From contig NQJD01000035.1 of the NCBI GenBank assembly GCA_004284765.1, positions 1 through 25,689 on the forward strand: a DNA stretch of 25,689 bases. The letters are read 5' to 3'. Of this stretch, positions 1 to 8,011 are shown one piece after another. The notes under the pieces are model-generated. The model saw only the letters and a list, made by a program, of their open reading frames with translations, was not told the DNA's origin and ran no database searches. Numbering within the stretch: the stretch's first letter is position 1; each line of letters starts with the position of its first letter. The translations under genes were made by a program, and so were the position numbers. This DNA comes from Candidatus Electronema aureum. Lineage in GTDB: Bacteria; Desulfobacterota; Desulfobulbia; Desulfobulbales; Desulfobulbaceae.

Positions 1-187
1 AGTATGCGAAGATGTCCTTATCACATTCGAGTTTGAAATACTCGCCGCAGATTTCCATAGTGATGACTTCTTCATCTGTTAAGGCAGGGTTAAATCCGCC
101 CCGCCGCAGCCGACATTGCTGCCTGATGACACCGTATTGTTCACAGACAAGCAGAAAGACAGCAATAACAAAATCGTCTCGATCCAT
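1..187 (-). CDS. DDE transposase, N-terminal fragment (IS982-like by N-terminal pattern); truncated by the window edge
   Basis: ATG at 187 (minus) with AAGGAG 7 nt upstream. Translation: MDRDDFVIAVFLLVCEQYGVIRQQCRLRRGGFNPALTDEEVITMEICGEYFKLECDKDIFAY. The pattern ..R.G..P.L[ST]D.E[VI]IT..I.GE.. then F.Y is recalled from IS982/IS4-type transposase N-termini. This frame is not in the supplied ORF track. The listed 12..215 ORF is the antisense frame. Confidence 0.6.
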   Translation of the reverse strand, partial: MDRDDFVIAVFLLVCEQYGVIRQQCRLRRGGFNPALTDEEVITMEICGEYFKLECDKDIFAY

Positions 188-281
188 TGGCGCACTCCTT
201 GTGAATAGGGCTTAGATACCACTATTCTACAGGATGCGCCCAATGGATCGGGCATCTTTTTTAAGAGTTGCACATTAGGTA
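1..281 (-). mobile_element. IS element, transposase-proximal end (copy A); the element continues off the left edge
   Basis: nt 1-281 are the exact reverse complement of nt 25409-25689 (checked block by block). Identity ends abruptly at 281/282. The segment carries AAGGAG plus ATG of a transposase-like ORF reading leftward. Confidence 0.8.
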
Positions 282-320
282 AAGAGGCTGTTAGGGGCTA
301 AAAAATTATCCCAGAATGCT

Positions 321-1595
321 ATGAAACATTCACTGCTGCGGCACTGTGTTGTTGCCGCTTTTTTTGCTGCGCTGTCTGCGGCCCCACTTGCTGCCGAGGT
401 GCAAAAGAATCAGACACCAGCGGCGGAAATTTATAGTAATTTGGAAACTTTTGCCACTATTTTAGACATGGTGCAGAAGCACTATGTGGAAGAAACACGC
501 GGTACCGACATTTTGGCCGGAGCCGTCAACGGGATGCTTGGCACGCTCGATCCGCATTCTTCCTACCTATCACCCAAGGATTTCAAAGAACTTCAAGAAG
601 ATACCAACGGCAGTTTCAGTGGTGTAGGTATCGAAGTAACAGTGCGCGACGGGCTACTGATTGTGGTCTCGCCCATCGCCGGAACGCCCGCCTATTTCCA
701 AGGCATCAAGGCAGGCGACCAGATCGTCAAGATCAACGGTCAAGCAACCGCAGACATGAATCTCAATGATGCAATCATGCAGCTGCGCGGCAAAATCGGC
801 GAAAAAGTAACGCTGACTGTCAGTCGTGAAGGCCAGCCACAGTCGCAGGATATAGTGCTGATCCGTAGTCTCATCCCCCAGCATTCGATTGTCGCGGCGG
901 AGCTTGCACCGGGCTTGCATCATATTCAAATCACTAATTTTCAGGCTGACACAGTCCGCGATTTTAAAGATGCCTTGAGCAAAGCGGCAAAAAAACGGCC
1001 CGTCACGGGCTTACTCCTTGATCTCCGCAATGATCCGGGTGGACTTTTAGAGCAGGCGGTAAGTCTTGCTGATCTCTTTATTCAGCAGGGTTTGATTGTT
1101 TCCACCAAAGGCCGCGATAAAGAGCAGGATATGCTTTTTGAGGCGCGTTCTGGAATTGAGAAATACGCCTTTCCGATGGTAGTATTAGTCAATGAGGGGT
1201 CAGCCAGCGCGGCGGAAATTGTCGCTGGTGCGCTCCAAGATCATAAACGGGCATTGATTCTCGGCACTAAAACTTTTGGCAAAGGCTCTGTTCAGACCGT
1301 AGTGCCGCTGCCCAACGGCGCGGGTTTACGTCTCACCACTGCCCGCTACTACACGCCTAACGGTAGGTCAATTCAAGAAACCGGAATTGAGCCTGATATT
1401 GTAGTGCCGCTTGAGGAGTCTGAGGAGGTCGGCAAGCAGCAAATCCGAGAAAAGGATCTGCACCATCATTTTGAAAACAAGGAACTGAAGAAGAAAGACA
1501 AGAAAAAGGGCGGGAAAAAAGAAGATGCCCAGCAGATAAAGAAAGACAATCAACTAAGTACGGCCTTGTTTATTCTTCAGCATCTTCCTCAGTAG
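321..1595 (+). CDS. ctpA: S41 family C-terminal processing (tail-specific) protease with signal peptide and PDZ domain
   Basis: N-terminal signal peptide (MKHSLLRHCVVAAFFAALSAAPLAAE). PDZ-like GVGIEV...GTPAYFQGIKAGDQIVKING. S41 core LLLDLRNDPGGLL and VLVNEGSASAAEIVAGALQD..A.ILG.KTFGKGSVQ. Confidence 0.9.
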   Translation: MKHSLLRHCVVAAFFAALSAAPLAAEVQKNQTPAAEIYSNLETFATILDMVQKHYVEETRGTDILAGAVNGMLGTLDPHSSYLSPKDFKELQEDTNGSFSGVGIEVTVRDGLLIVVSPIAGTPAYFQGIKAGDQIVKINGQATADMNLNDAIMQLRGKIGEKVTLTVSREGQPQSQDIVLIRSLIPQHSIVAAELAPGLHHIQITNFQADTVRDFKDALSKAAKKRPVTGLLLDLRNDPGGLLEQAVSLADLFIQQGLIVSTKGRDKEQDMLFEARSGIEKYAFPMVVLVNEGSASAAEIVAGALQDHKRALILGTKTFGKGSVQTVVPLPNGAGLRLTTARYYTPNGRSIQETGIEPDIVVPLEESEEVGKQQIREKDLHHHFENKELKKKDKKKGGKKEDAQQIKKDNQLSTALFILQHLPQ

Positions 1596-1609
1596 CATTC
1601 TCTTTATGA

Positions 1610-1638
1610 CACAGGGGCGATGATCAATCGTCCCTGTG
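1610..1638. terminator. Hairpin between the convergent ctpA and SYLF genes (possible bidirectional terminator, no clear U-tract)
   Basis: cacaggggcgat / gatca / atcgtccctgtg: 12-bp stem with one G-U pair and a 5-nt loop. It lies in the 53-nt gap between two stop codons. Confidence 0.4.
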
Positions 1639-1648
1639 ATCGTCAGTG

Positions 1649-2569
1649 CTAATATTTAGGCAATTCCTGCTGTCGGTAATCATCTGGGTTGCGCCAGCCG
1701 TCACCACCTTGGTCAGGATTTTGCCAAGTATTGATCGGAGAAGAAGCACTACCGCCAGTGCCGGGATAGTATTGGTTTTCCTGATTAACAGGTGGCGGAT
1801 AGGCCTGATTATTAGGATATCCGGTATCATAGCCCTGATTCGCGGGATAGCCCGGTTGCGAATAGGATGACGTATAGGTCTGGGGCTGATTTCTGCTGCC
1901 CGGCATGGCTCGACGCAGCGGCTCTGCTTGGCGGTTGTTGACCGATCTTCGCATCAAAATGTCTACCGGACTGACCATGTCGCCGTAATAGGCATTGTTC
2001 CAATGGTAGCGAGGCTCGATCACCGCCCCTTCAACGGAAATACCTCCGAACATCCCTTTTGCCCGACCAAAAGCCAGCACATCAGCAGTCTGCGCCTTGG
2101 CATTTTTTCCCACTGGCCCGGCAGCCACAGAAATATCCGCTCCGACCTTCAATTCGGTGGAAAGCATAGCATTTAGCCCGCCTTCGGTCATGATCATCAA
2201 AACCAATTCGGACGCATCTGCACCGATTTGAAGACCCAGCGACAGCGAGCCGATGGTGTAAAAGGCCGGATAGCTCCATGTGCCGCTCTGTTGATCGCGT
2301 ACCAAGAGGACACCTGAACCGCCAGAACCACCAACCACAAAGCCGCCACGGAGCATCTGCGGTACAATCAATATTCCATAGGCGGAATCAACGTTTTCAT
2401 GAAACCAGACCATGTTGGGGTCGTTCATGAAACTTTTGATAACTGCATGACTTTTCAGCACTAAGGATTGTGCCTCGTTGAGACTGTCCGCTGAAGCGTG
2501 ATTACTGGACAAAGGCAGCGCAAGCAGAGAGAAGAGTAGGGCAAGGACGGGAAGACGGAGCGGAAACAT
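1649..2569 (-). CDS. Secreted SYLF (Ysc84/DUF500-like) lipid-binding domain protein with a Q/N/P/Y/G-rich C-terminal tail
   Basis: The ORF track frame is 1649..2668. The preferred start is ATG 2569 (GAGGA 9 nt upstream), giving signal peptide MFPLRLPVLALLFSLLALPLSSNHASA. An alternative ATG is at 2596. SYLF-like core: GGFVVGGSGGSGVLLVRD...YTIGSLSLGLQIGA...VGADISVAAGPVG...FGGISVEGAVI. Confidence 0.8.
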   Translation of the reverse strand: MFPLRLPVLALLFSLLALPLSSNHASADSLNEAQSLVLKSHAVIKSFMNDPNMVWFHENVDSAYGILIVPQMLRGGFVVGGSGGSGVLLVRDQQSGTWSYPAFYTIGSLSLGLQIGADASELVLMIMTEGGLNAMLSTELKVGADISVAAGPVGKNAKAQTADVLAFGRAKGMFGGISVEGAVIEPRYHWNNAYYGDMVSPVDILMRRSVNNRQAEPLRRAMPGSRNQPQTYTSSYSQPGYPANQGYDTGYPNNQAYPPPVNQENQYYPGTGGSASSPINTWQNPDQGGDGWRNPDDYRQQELPKY

Positions 2570-2664
2570 GAGTTTTATCCTCTGAGTTGTTTTCATGGGG
2601 CGGGGGGAGAACAGGAGACGCAAAAAAATGACCGGCAGGATAATGCCGGTCAGCCTGTGTGTCA

Positions 2665-2820
2665 TCAAGCCAGATAAAAATGTTCTTTCTCAGCTTGGCA
2701 TTTTGGGCAAACCCAGTCATCGGGTAGGTCTTCAAAAGCAGTACCAGAATCCACGCCGCTGTCCATGTCACCCTCTGCTGGGTCGTAAATGTAACCGCAG
2801 GGACATTCATACTTCTGCAT
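2665..2820 (-). CDS. Rubredoxin (51 aa), not in the supplied ORF track because it is under 60 aa
   Basis: GGAGG 8 nt upstream of ATG 2820. Translation: [51 protein letters not shown]. It aligns by eye along its whole length to classical rubredoxins (..Y.C..CGY.YDP..GD...G...GT.F.DLP.DW.CP.C...K..F). Confidence 0.75.
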   Translation of the reverse strand: MQKYECPCGYIYDPAEGDMDSGVDSGTAFEDLPDDWVCPKCQAEKEHFYLA

Positions 2821-3014
2821 AATTTTTTCCTCCAAATAGGGTTATAAAAGCCAAATGCGGAATTCCGATTCTGTTCAGCTCCGCCGAGCAGTAGAGCCGC
2901 TCGTTCGTTCAGCATATTGACAAGTATAATGAAACCAGCGGCATTAGGCAAGGGAAAGGAAGATGCCAAGCAGACTGCTGCTGCCGAGATTCGACGGGCA
3001 GGCTTTTTTTGCCC

Positions 3015-3044
3015 TTGACAGAAGGGCATGTTTTATAGTCTAAT
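3015..3044 (+). promoter_or_regulatory. Candidate sigma70-type promoter for rplU-rpmA
   Basis: TTGACA (3015-3020), an 18-nt spacer, then TCTAAT (3039-3044), about 70 nt upstream of the rplU ATG. Pattern match only. Confidence 0.3.
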
Positions 3045-3115
3045 TAAATGTTTTGCATAAACAAGCCGATAATCTATTTGTCACTGATTCGATTCATATA
3101 CAGGAGGACGGGCGC

Positions 3116-3427
3116 ATGTATGCCATAGTACGCACTGGCGGAAAGCAGTACCAGGTCGCAGCCGGAGATCGGTTGAAGGTAGAAAAACTTGAGGGCGAAG
3201 TGGGCGAGACAGTTGAGCTGTCCGACGTGCTGCTGGTTGCTGACGGCGAAAACGTGACGATCGGTGCGCCAATCGTCGATGGTGCTAAGATCGTGGCCAA
3301 GATCGTCGAGCAGGGCCGGGACAAAAAAGTGCTGGTCTTCAAAAAGAAACGCCGGAAGAATTATCAGGTGCTGCGCGGACACCGCCAGCCCTTCACTGCT
3401 CTGAGCATTGAGCAGATCATGCAGTGA
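3116..3427 (+). CDS. rplU: 50S ribosomal protein L21
   Basis: [16 protein letters not shown]...VEKL is a canonical L21 N-terminus. AGGAGG lies 8 nt upstream of ATG 3116. The track ORF start at 3053 is an upstream in-frame extension. Confidence 0.95.
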   Translation: MYAIVRTGGKQYQVAAGDRLKVEKLEGEVGETVELSDVLLVADGENVTIGAPIVDGAKIVAKIVEQGRDKKVLVFKKKRRKNYQVLRGHRQPFTALSIEQIMQ

Positions 3428-3476
3428 GGCCCGACGGCTGATTTTATTTTATTTTTTATTTTTCGGAGATATCCTC

Positions 3477-3788
3477 ATGGCTCATAAAAAAGCAGGCGGC
3501 AGTTCGAGAAACGGTCGCGACAGTGCAGGCCAACGGCGTGGCGTGAAACGCTTCGGTGGCCAAGCTGTGACTGCGGGCAGTATTCTTGTCCGTCAGGTCG
3601 GCACAAAAATTTATCCGGGCACCAACGTGGGCTGCGGTCGCGACTACACCCTGTTCGCCAAAGTTGATGGCGTGGTGAAGTTTGAAGCCTTTGGCAGAGA
3701 CCGTAAGCGAGTGTCGGTGTATCCTCCGGCAGCGGCTTGCGCAGGCTCTTGCTCCTGCACTCAGGAACAATGCGGAGCAGGCTGCTGA
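3477..3788 (+). CDS. rpmA: 50S ribosomal protein L27, with an unusual Cys-rich C-terminal extension
   Basis: [55 protein letters not shown] is canonical L27. GGAGA lies 7 nt upstream of ATG 3477. The track start at 3408 is an upstream extension. Confidence 0.95.
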   Translation: MAHKKAGGSSRNGRDSAGQRRGVKRFGGQAVTAGSILVRQVGTKIYPGTNVGCGRDYTLFAKVDGVVKFEAFGRDRKRVSVYPPAAACAGSCSCTQEQCGAGC

Positions 3789-3818
3789 TCGCGCTACAGC
3801 GGAGCAGGCAGAAACATT

Positions 3819-3850
3819 GACCCGATGCCATTGTGGTGTCGGGTTTTTTG
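3819..3850 (+). terminator. Rho-independent terminator candidate after rpmA
   Basis: The acccga ... tcgggt stem is followed directly by a run of six T (3844-3849), 30 nt after the rpmA stop. Confidence 0.55.
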
Positions 3851-3887
3851 TTGGTTGAGTTGAATATGAGGTAAAGGCTGATCTCTT

Positions 3888-4805
3888 ATGGAATTGACAG
3901 TAGTTACGACACAGGAGATGAAAGAAAGGAGATGCTGGATAGAGAAAATCAGCCGCCTCAGCGGAAATTTTGGTGTTGATGCCGACCGGGTTCAGCAGGA
4001 ATTATCCGATAAAATACAACGAGACGGCCTTGCTTCTCTTCTCGGCCATCTCAGGCTGTGTGGCGTGATACCTGAAGGGTATGGTCATGATAGCAGCGAG
4101 GAAAAACTGTATTCAAAATATACTGATGCCGTTATTCATGAAGCATACACGGCGATGGGCTTCACCAGTTTGGTATTAAAAGAACGGGCTGATGCAGCAG
4201 ATGTTGAATGCGTTTGTGCCGATTATAGTTTTGTTGCGGATGCCAAAACCTTCCGTTTAAGCCGCACAGCAAAAAATCAGAAAGATTTCAAAATACAGGC
4301 GTTGGATACTTGGAAGCATGGAAAATCATTTGCAATGGTGGTTTGTCCTGTGTATCAGCTTCCTGCCCGCACAAGCCAAATTTATCAACAAGCCGCCGCC
4401 AGATCAGTGTGCATCTGCACTTATACGCATCTCGCTGTTCTTGTCCGATATGCTGAATCGGTCGGACGTTCCCAGACTATCTCTTTGCTGCATAATATTT
4501 TTAAAGCAGTTGAAGCTATGAATCCGTCTCAAAATGCCGGAGCCTATTGGCAAACGCTGAATCGGACACTTCTTGATGTGGACGACAGCATTACCTCTGT
4601 CTGGCGGGAAGAAAAACTGGCTGCCGTTGAATCTATCAAAATCGCACAGGAGGAGGCTCTCACTTTTCTGGCCGCAGAACGTGAGCGGATTATGCGACTT
4701 TCCCGCGAAGAGGCTATCCGGGAAGTTCTTAAATGGCAGAAAATTGAGAACAGAATACGCGCAGTCAAGTCTGTGGCTGACAACGGTTTGCTGGAGTTAG
4801 GATAA
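3888..4805 (+). CDS. Type II restriction endonuclease, HindIII-like
   Basis: The block VADAKTFRLSRTAKNQKDFKIQALDTW...QLPARTSQIYQQ matches my recollection of R.HindIII (VADAKSFRLSRTAKNQKDFKVKALSEW...QYPTTKSQIFKQ), including the D-x-K catalytic element. It lies immediately upstream of a DNA methyltransferase. Confidence 0.7.
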   Translation: MELTVVTTQEMKERRCWIEKISRLSGNFGVDADRVQQELSDKIQRDGLASLLGHLRLCGVIPEGYGHDSSEEKLYSKYTDAVIHEAYTAMGFTSLVLKERADAADVECVCADYSFVADAKTFRLSRTAKNQKDFKIQALDTWKHGKSFAMVVCPVYQLPARTSQIYQQAAARSVCICTYTHLAVLVRYAESVGRSQTISLLHNIFKAVEAMNPSQNAGAYWQTLNRTLLDVDDSITSVWREEKLAAVESIKIAQEEALTFLAAERERIMRLSREEAIREVLKWQKIENRIRAVKSVADNGLLELG

Positions 4806-4815
4806 GGGTAATGCT

Positions 4816-5787
4816 ATGAACGACAGCTACCTTGACACCATCATCTGCGCAGACTGCCGTGAGCATTTGCCGCTGCTCTTGGACAGCAGCATTGAGCTAT
4901 TTCTTTCCGATATACCCTACGGTATTAGCTTGGACGACTGGGATGTTTTGCACAGCAACACCAATTCGGCCTTGCTTGGACAATCACCAGCTCAGGTCGG
5001 CAAGTCAGGTTTCAAACGCAGGGGAAAACCGATCAATGGGTGGTCCAAAGCAGACCGGAACATGGGCAAAGAGTATGAGGAGTGGTGCGGCTCATGGGCT
5101 GAGATGATTCTACCCAAACTGAAGGATGGTGCCTCGCTTTTTGTCTTTGGTGCCCGCCGCACAATCCATCGGGTGGTCAATGCCTTTGAAGACTGCGGTT
5201 TTTTATTGAAAGACATTCTTGCTTGGAAAAAAGAAGCTGCACACCATAGAGCGCAGAGAGTGAGCATAGTCTTTGATCGCCGGGGGCTGAAAGATGCAGC
5301 AGATACATGGCAAGGATGGCGGCTTGGCAATCTTGCACCTATTTATGAGCCAATCGCTTGGTTCATGAAACCGTATAAAATTGGCGGAACCATTGCTGAC
5401 AATGTGCTGGAACATGGAGTAGGGGCCATGAACATCGAAGGATGCAAAATGGATGGTGGTACCAATCCGACAAATATACTTGAGTTTGGTTTTGGCAGGT
5501 GTGAGCAAAGAATTCATGAAGCGCAAAAACCTCTGCAACTCATCGAATTTCTCATCAAGCTTACGACAAAAGAGGGGCAGACAGTTTTTGATCCCTTCAT
5601 GGGTAGCGGAACAACTGCGGTGGCCGCAGCTCGTTTGAAACGGCATTTCATCGGTTTTGAGATTGTGCCAGAATTCCATGCCGCCGCACTTCAGCGACTG
5701 GATCGCGAGACAGGAACGCACTACACTGCCGAACCCTTGTTTTTCCAACCAATGCTTTTTGAAAAATCTATAAAGGAATACCGGTAA
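4816..5787 (+). CDS. DNA methyltransferase, beta-class (motif IV before motif I), probably N6-adenine
   Basis: The catalytic motif IV variant LSDIPYG (DPPY-type) is near the N-terminus. The AdoMet motif I VFDPFMGSGTT is near the C-terminus. The start is 10 nt after the endonuclease stop. Confidence 0.85.
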   Translation: MNDSYLDTIICADCREHLPLLLDSSIELFLSDIPYGISLDDWDVLHSNTNSALLGQSPAQVGKSGFKRRGKPINGWSKADRNMGKEYEEWCGSWAEMILPKLKDGASLFVFGARRTIHRVVNAFEDCGFLLKDILAWKKEAAHHRAQRVSIVFDRRGLKDAADTWQGWRLGNLAPIYEPIAWFMKPYKIGGTIADNVLEHGVGAMNIEGCKMDGGTNPTNILEFGFGRCEQRIHEAQKPLQLIEFLIKLTTKEGQTVFDPFMGSGTTAVAAARLKRHFIGFEIVPEFHAAALQRLDRETGTHYTAEPLFFQPMLFEKSIKEYR

Positions 5788-5793
5788 AAGACA

Positions 5794-6837
5794 ATGGGTT
5801 TTGTAGATGAAGCGAAGTTTTTCGTCAAAGCCGGGGACGGCGGCAACGGCTGCGTCAGTTTTCTGCGGGAAAAATTTGTTCCCAGAGGTGGCCCTAACGG
5901 CGGCGACGGCGGGCGCGGCGGCTGCGTTTTTCTGGAGGCTGATCCCGACAAGCATTCACTCCTCGATTTTCGCTACAGCTCCCATTTCAAGGCAGACCGA
6001 GGCGGCAACGGCCAAGGCAGCGACATGCACGGGCGCGGTGGTAAAGATAGCATTGTACCGGTACCGGTCGGCTCAGTGGTTAAAGATGCGGAAACCGGCG
6101 AAGTACTCATCGATCTTGCCCAGCCGGGCCAGCGTTTTTTGGCGGCGCAGGGTGGCAGGGGCGGTCTTGGCAACACCCGCTTTGCCAGCTCTACCAACCG
6201 CGCTCCTCGCAAGGCAACGTCCGGTACGCCGGGCGAGGAACGTTGGCTGCGGATTGAGCTGAAGCTGCTCGCTGATGTCGGCTTGATCGGCCTGCCCAAC
6301 GCGGGCAAATCCACCCTGCTCTCTAAGCTCTCTGCCGCCAATCCCAAGGTTGCGCCATATCCCTTTACCACCCTTGAGCCGCAGCTCGGCGTACTGCATT
6401 TTAAATTTGAAAAACCCTGCATCATCGCTGATATCCCCGGCTTGATCGAGGGAGCGAGCGAGGGGCTTGGCCTTGGCCATCGTTTTTTGCGCCACATCGA
6501 ACGAACGAGTATATTGCTGCATATCATCGATGCGTCCGGGCAAGGTGAGCAGCCTTTGGCGGATTATAAGGTATTGGCCGCTGAGTTAGCGGCTTATAAA
6601 GAAGAATTAGCAGATCGCACTCGGCTGATTGTTTTGAACAAAATAGACTGTATCGATGAAGAAGAATTAGAAGCAGTCAAAGCCTTGTTCGCCACCGCTG
6701 GAATCGAGGACGTTATGACTATTTCGGCTTTGGATGAAATCGGCATCGACGCGCTCAAGAAGCGAATTGGCGGGCTACTGGAAGCGCAGCGGGAGGCAGC
6801 GGCAGAGGAGGGGCGCAATAATGACCTTTCAGATTAA
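5794..6837 (+). CDS. obg: GTPase Obg/CgtA
   Basis: Glycine-rich Obg fold (FVDE..F.VKAGDGGNGCVSF.REK..P.GGP.GGDGG.GG.V). G domain: GLIGLPNAGKSTLL, DIPGLIEGA, LNKID. Confidence 0.95.
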   Translation: MGFVDEAKFFVKAGDGGNGCVSFLREKFVPRGGPNGGDGGRGGCVFLEADPDKHSLLDFRYSSHFKADRGGNGQGSDMHGRGGKDSIVPVPVGSVVKDAETGEVLIDLAQPGQRFLAAQGGRGGLGNTRFASSTNRAPRKATSGTPGEERWLRIELKLLADVGLIGLPNAGKSTLLSKLSAANPKVAPYPFTTLEPQLGVLHFKFEKPCIIADIPGLIEGASEGLGLGHRFLRHIERTSILLHIIDASGQGEQPLADYKVLAAELAAYKEELADRTRLIVLNKIDCIDEEELEAVKALFATAGIEDVMTISALDEIGIDALKKRIGGLLEAQREAAAEEGRNNDLSD

Positions 6838-8005
6838 CCGCGATGACGGTTTGTTTTACCGTCAGACCTTATTTGATCAGGCCAAAACCGTGGTGCTGAA
6901 GGTGGGCAGCGCGGTCTTGACCAACGCCGAAGGGTTGAATCTTGACTTCATCGACACCCTTTGCCGCCAGATCAGCTTTCTCCGCTCCTCCGGGCGCAAG
7001 GTGATTCTCGTTACCTCCGGGGCAGTGGCCGCAGGCCGCAGGCGGCTCGGCGTAGAGCGGCAGCCCGGCACGCCGCTGAAGGTCAAGCAGGCTTTAGCAG
7101 CGGTGGGACAGGGCCTGCTCATGCAGGCGTATGAACAGCGTTTTGCCGATCAGGGTGGCCAGCAGGTGGCCCAGCTCCTGCTCACTCATGCCGACCTTTC
7201 TCAGCGCGACCGCTACCTGAATATTCGCAACACTATCTTGGCGTTATTTGAATTCGGCGTGGTGCCGATTATCAACGAGAACGACACGGTTTCTGTCCAA
7301 GAGCTGCGTTTTGGCGACAACGACACCCTCGGCGCGTTGATCACCAACATGATCGGCGCGGACATGTACATCATGCTCACCGATGTGGACGGCCTTTACA
7401 CCGGCAACCCGGCCCTTGATCCTACAGCGAAGCCCATCTACACCGTGGCCAGAGTCGATAGCTCGGTGCAGGCAATGGCGGGCAACAGCGGCAGCTCGCT
7501 CGGCACTGGCGGGATGCAGACGAAAATCAGGGCAGCCAAGATGGTAGCGGCCTGCGGCGGCAGCTCTTTCATCGGGCCAGGCCGTAATAAAAATATCCTC
7601 AAAGAGCTGTTCTCTGGCGATATGGTCGGCACTTTTTTCTTGCCCGATCAGGCCAAGATCAGTGGCAGAAAGCACTGGATTGGCTATGTGCTTCGGCCTG
7701 CTGGTTTTCTTGATCTCGATGCAGGAGCCTGCCGGGCCATCGTGGAGCGGGGTAAAAGCCTGCTGCCTTCCGGCATTGTCCGGGTAGAAGGCAGCTTTAA
7801 AATCGGTGCGCCGGTGCATTGTCGTTGCCCAGATGGACGGGTGGTAGCGGCTGGCTTGACCAACTACGCCTCATTAGACATCGACAAAATCAAGGGCTGC
7901 AAGACCTGTGACTTGACTGAAATTCTCGGCTTCCGCGACAGCGACGAGGTGATTCATCGGGACAATCTGGTACTCTTAGACGGTGCTGGAAATTTTGCCA
8001 ATTGA
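6821..8005 (+). CDS. proB: Glutamate 5-kinase with C-terminal PUA domain
   Basis: VVLKVGSAVLT, ILVTSGAVAAG, PIINENDTV, FGDNDTLGALI, GTGGM.TKI.AA, followed by a PUA-like tail. ATG 6821 overlaps the obg 3' end by 17 nt. The track start at 6734 lies inside obg. Confidence 0.95.
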   Translation: MTFQINRDDGLFYRQTLFDQAKTVVLKVGSAVLTNAEGLNLDFIDTLCRQISFLRSSGRKVILVTSGAVAAGRRRLGVERQPGTPLKVKQALAAVGQGLLMQAYEQRFADQGGQQVAQLLLTHADLSQRDRYLNIRNTILALFEFGVVPIINENDTVSVQELRFGDNDTLGALITNMIGADMYIMLTDVDGLYTGNPALDPTAKPIYTVARVDSSVQAMAGNSGSSLGTGGMQTKIRAAKMVAACGGSSFIGPGRNKNILKELFSGDMVGTFFLPDQAKISGRKHWIGYVLRPAGFLDLDAGACRAIVERGKSLLPSGIVRVEGSFKIGAPVHCRCPDGRVVAAGLTNYASLDIDKIKGCKTCDLTEILGFRDSDEVIHRDNLVLLDGAGNFAN

Positions 8006-8011
8006 GCAATT

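Noticed and set aside
267-320. Possible hybrid outward promoter from the left IS end driving ctpA
   Set aside because: TTGCAC (268-273) in the IS end has no acceptable -10 hexamer at 16-19 nt spacing. No support beyond a single hexamer.
2502-3029. A 175-aa minus-strand ORF spanning the SYLF start, the rubredoxin region and the intergenic DNA
   Set aside because: It is out of frame with, and overlaps, the well-supported rubredoxin ORF (strong RBS, full-length family match) and the SYLF signal peptide. Its translation has no recognisable features.
3053-3115. Upstream in-frame extensions of track ORFs (rplU from 3053, rpmA from 3408, proB from 6734, moaA to 11150, hicB to 18863, SYLF to 2668, first DUF2062 gene from 11986)
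   Set aside because: In each case an internal ATG with a Shine-Dalgarno-like sequence gives the canonical family N-terminus. The extension also overlaps a neighbouring gene or its terminator.
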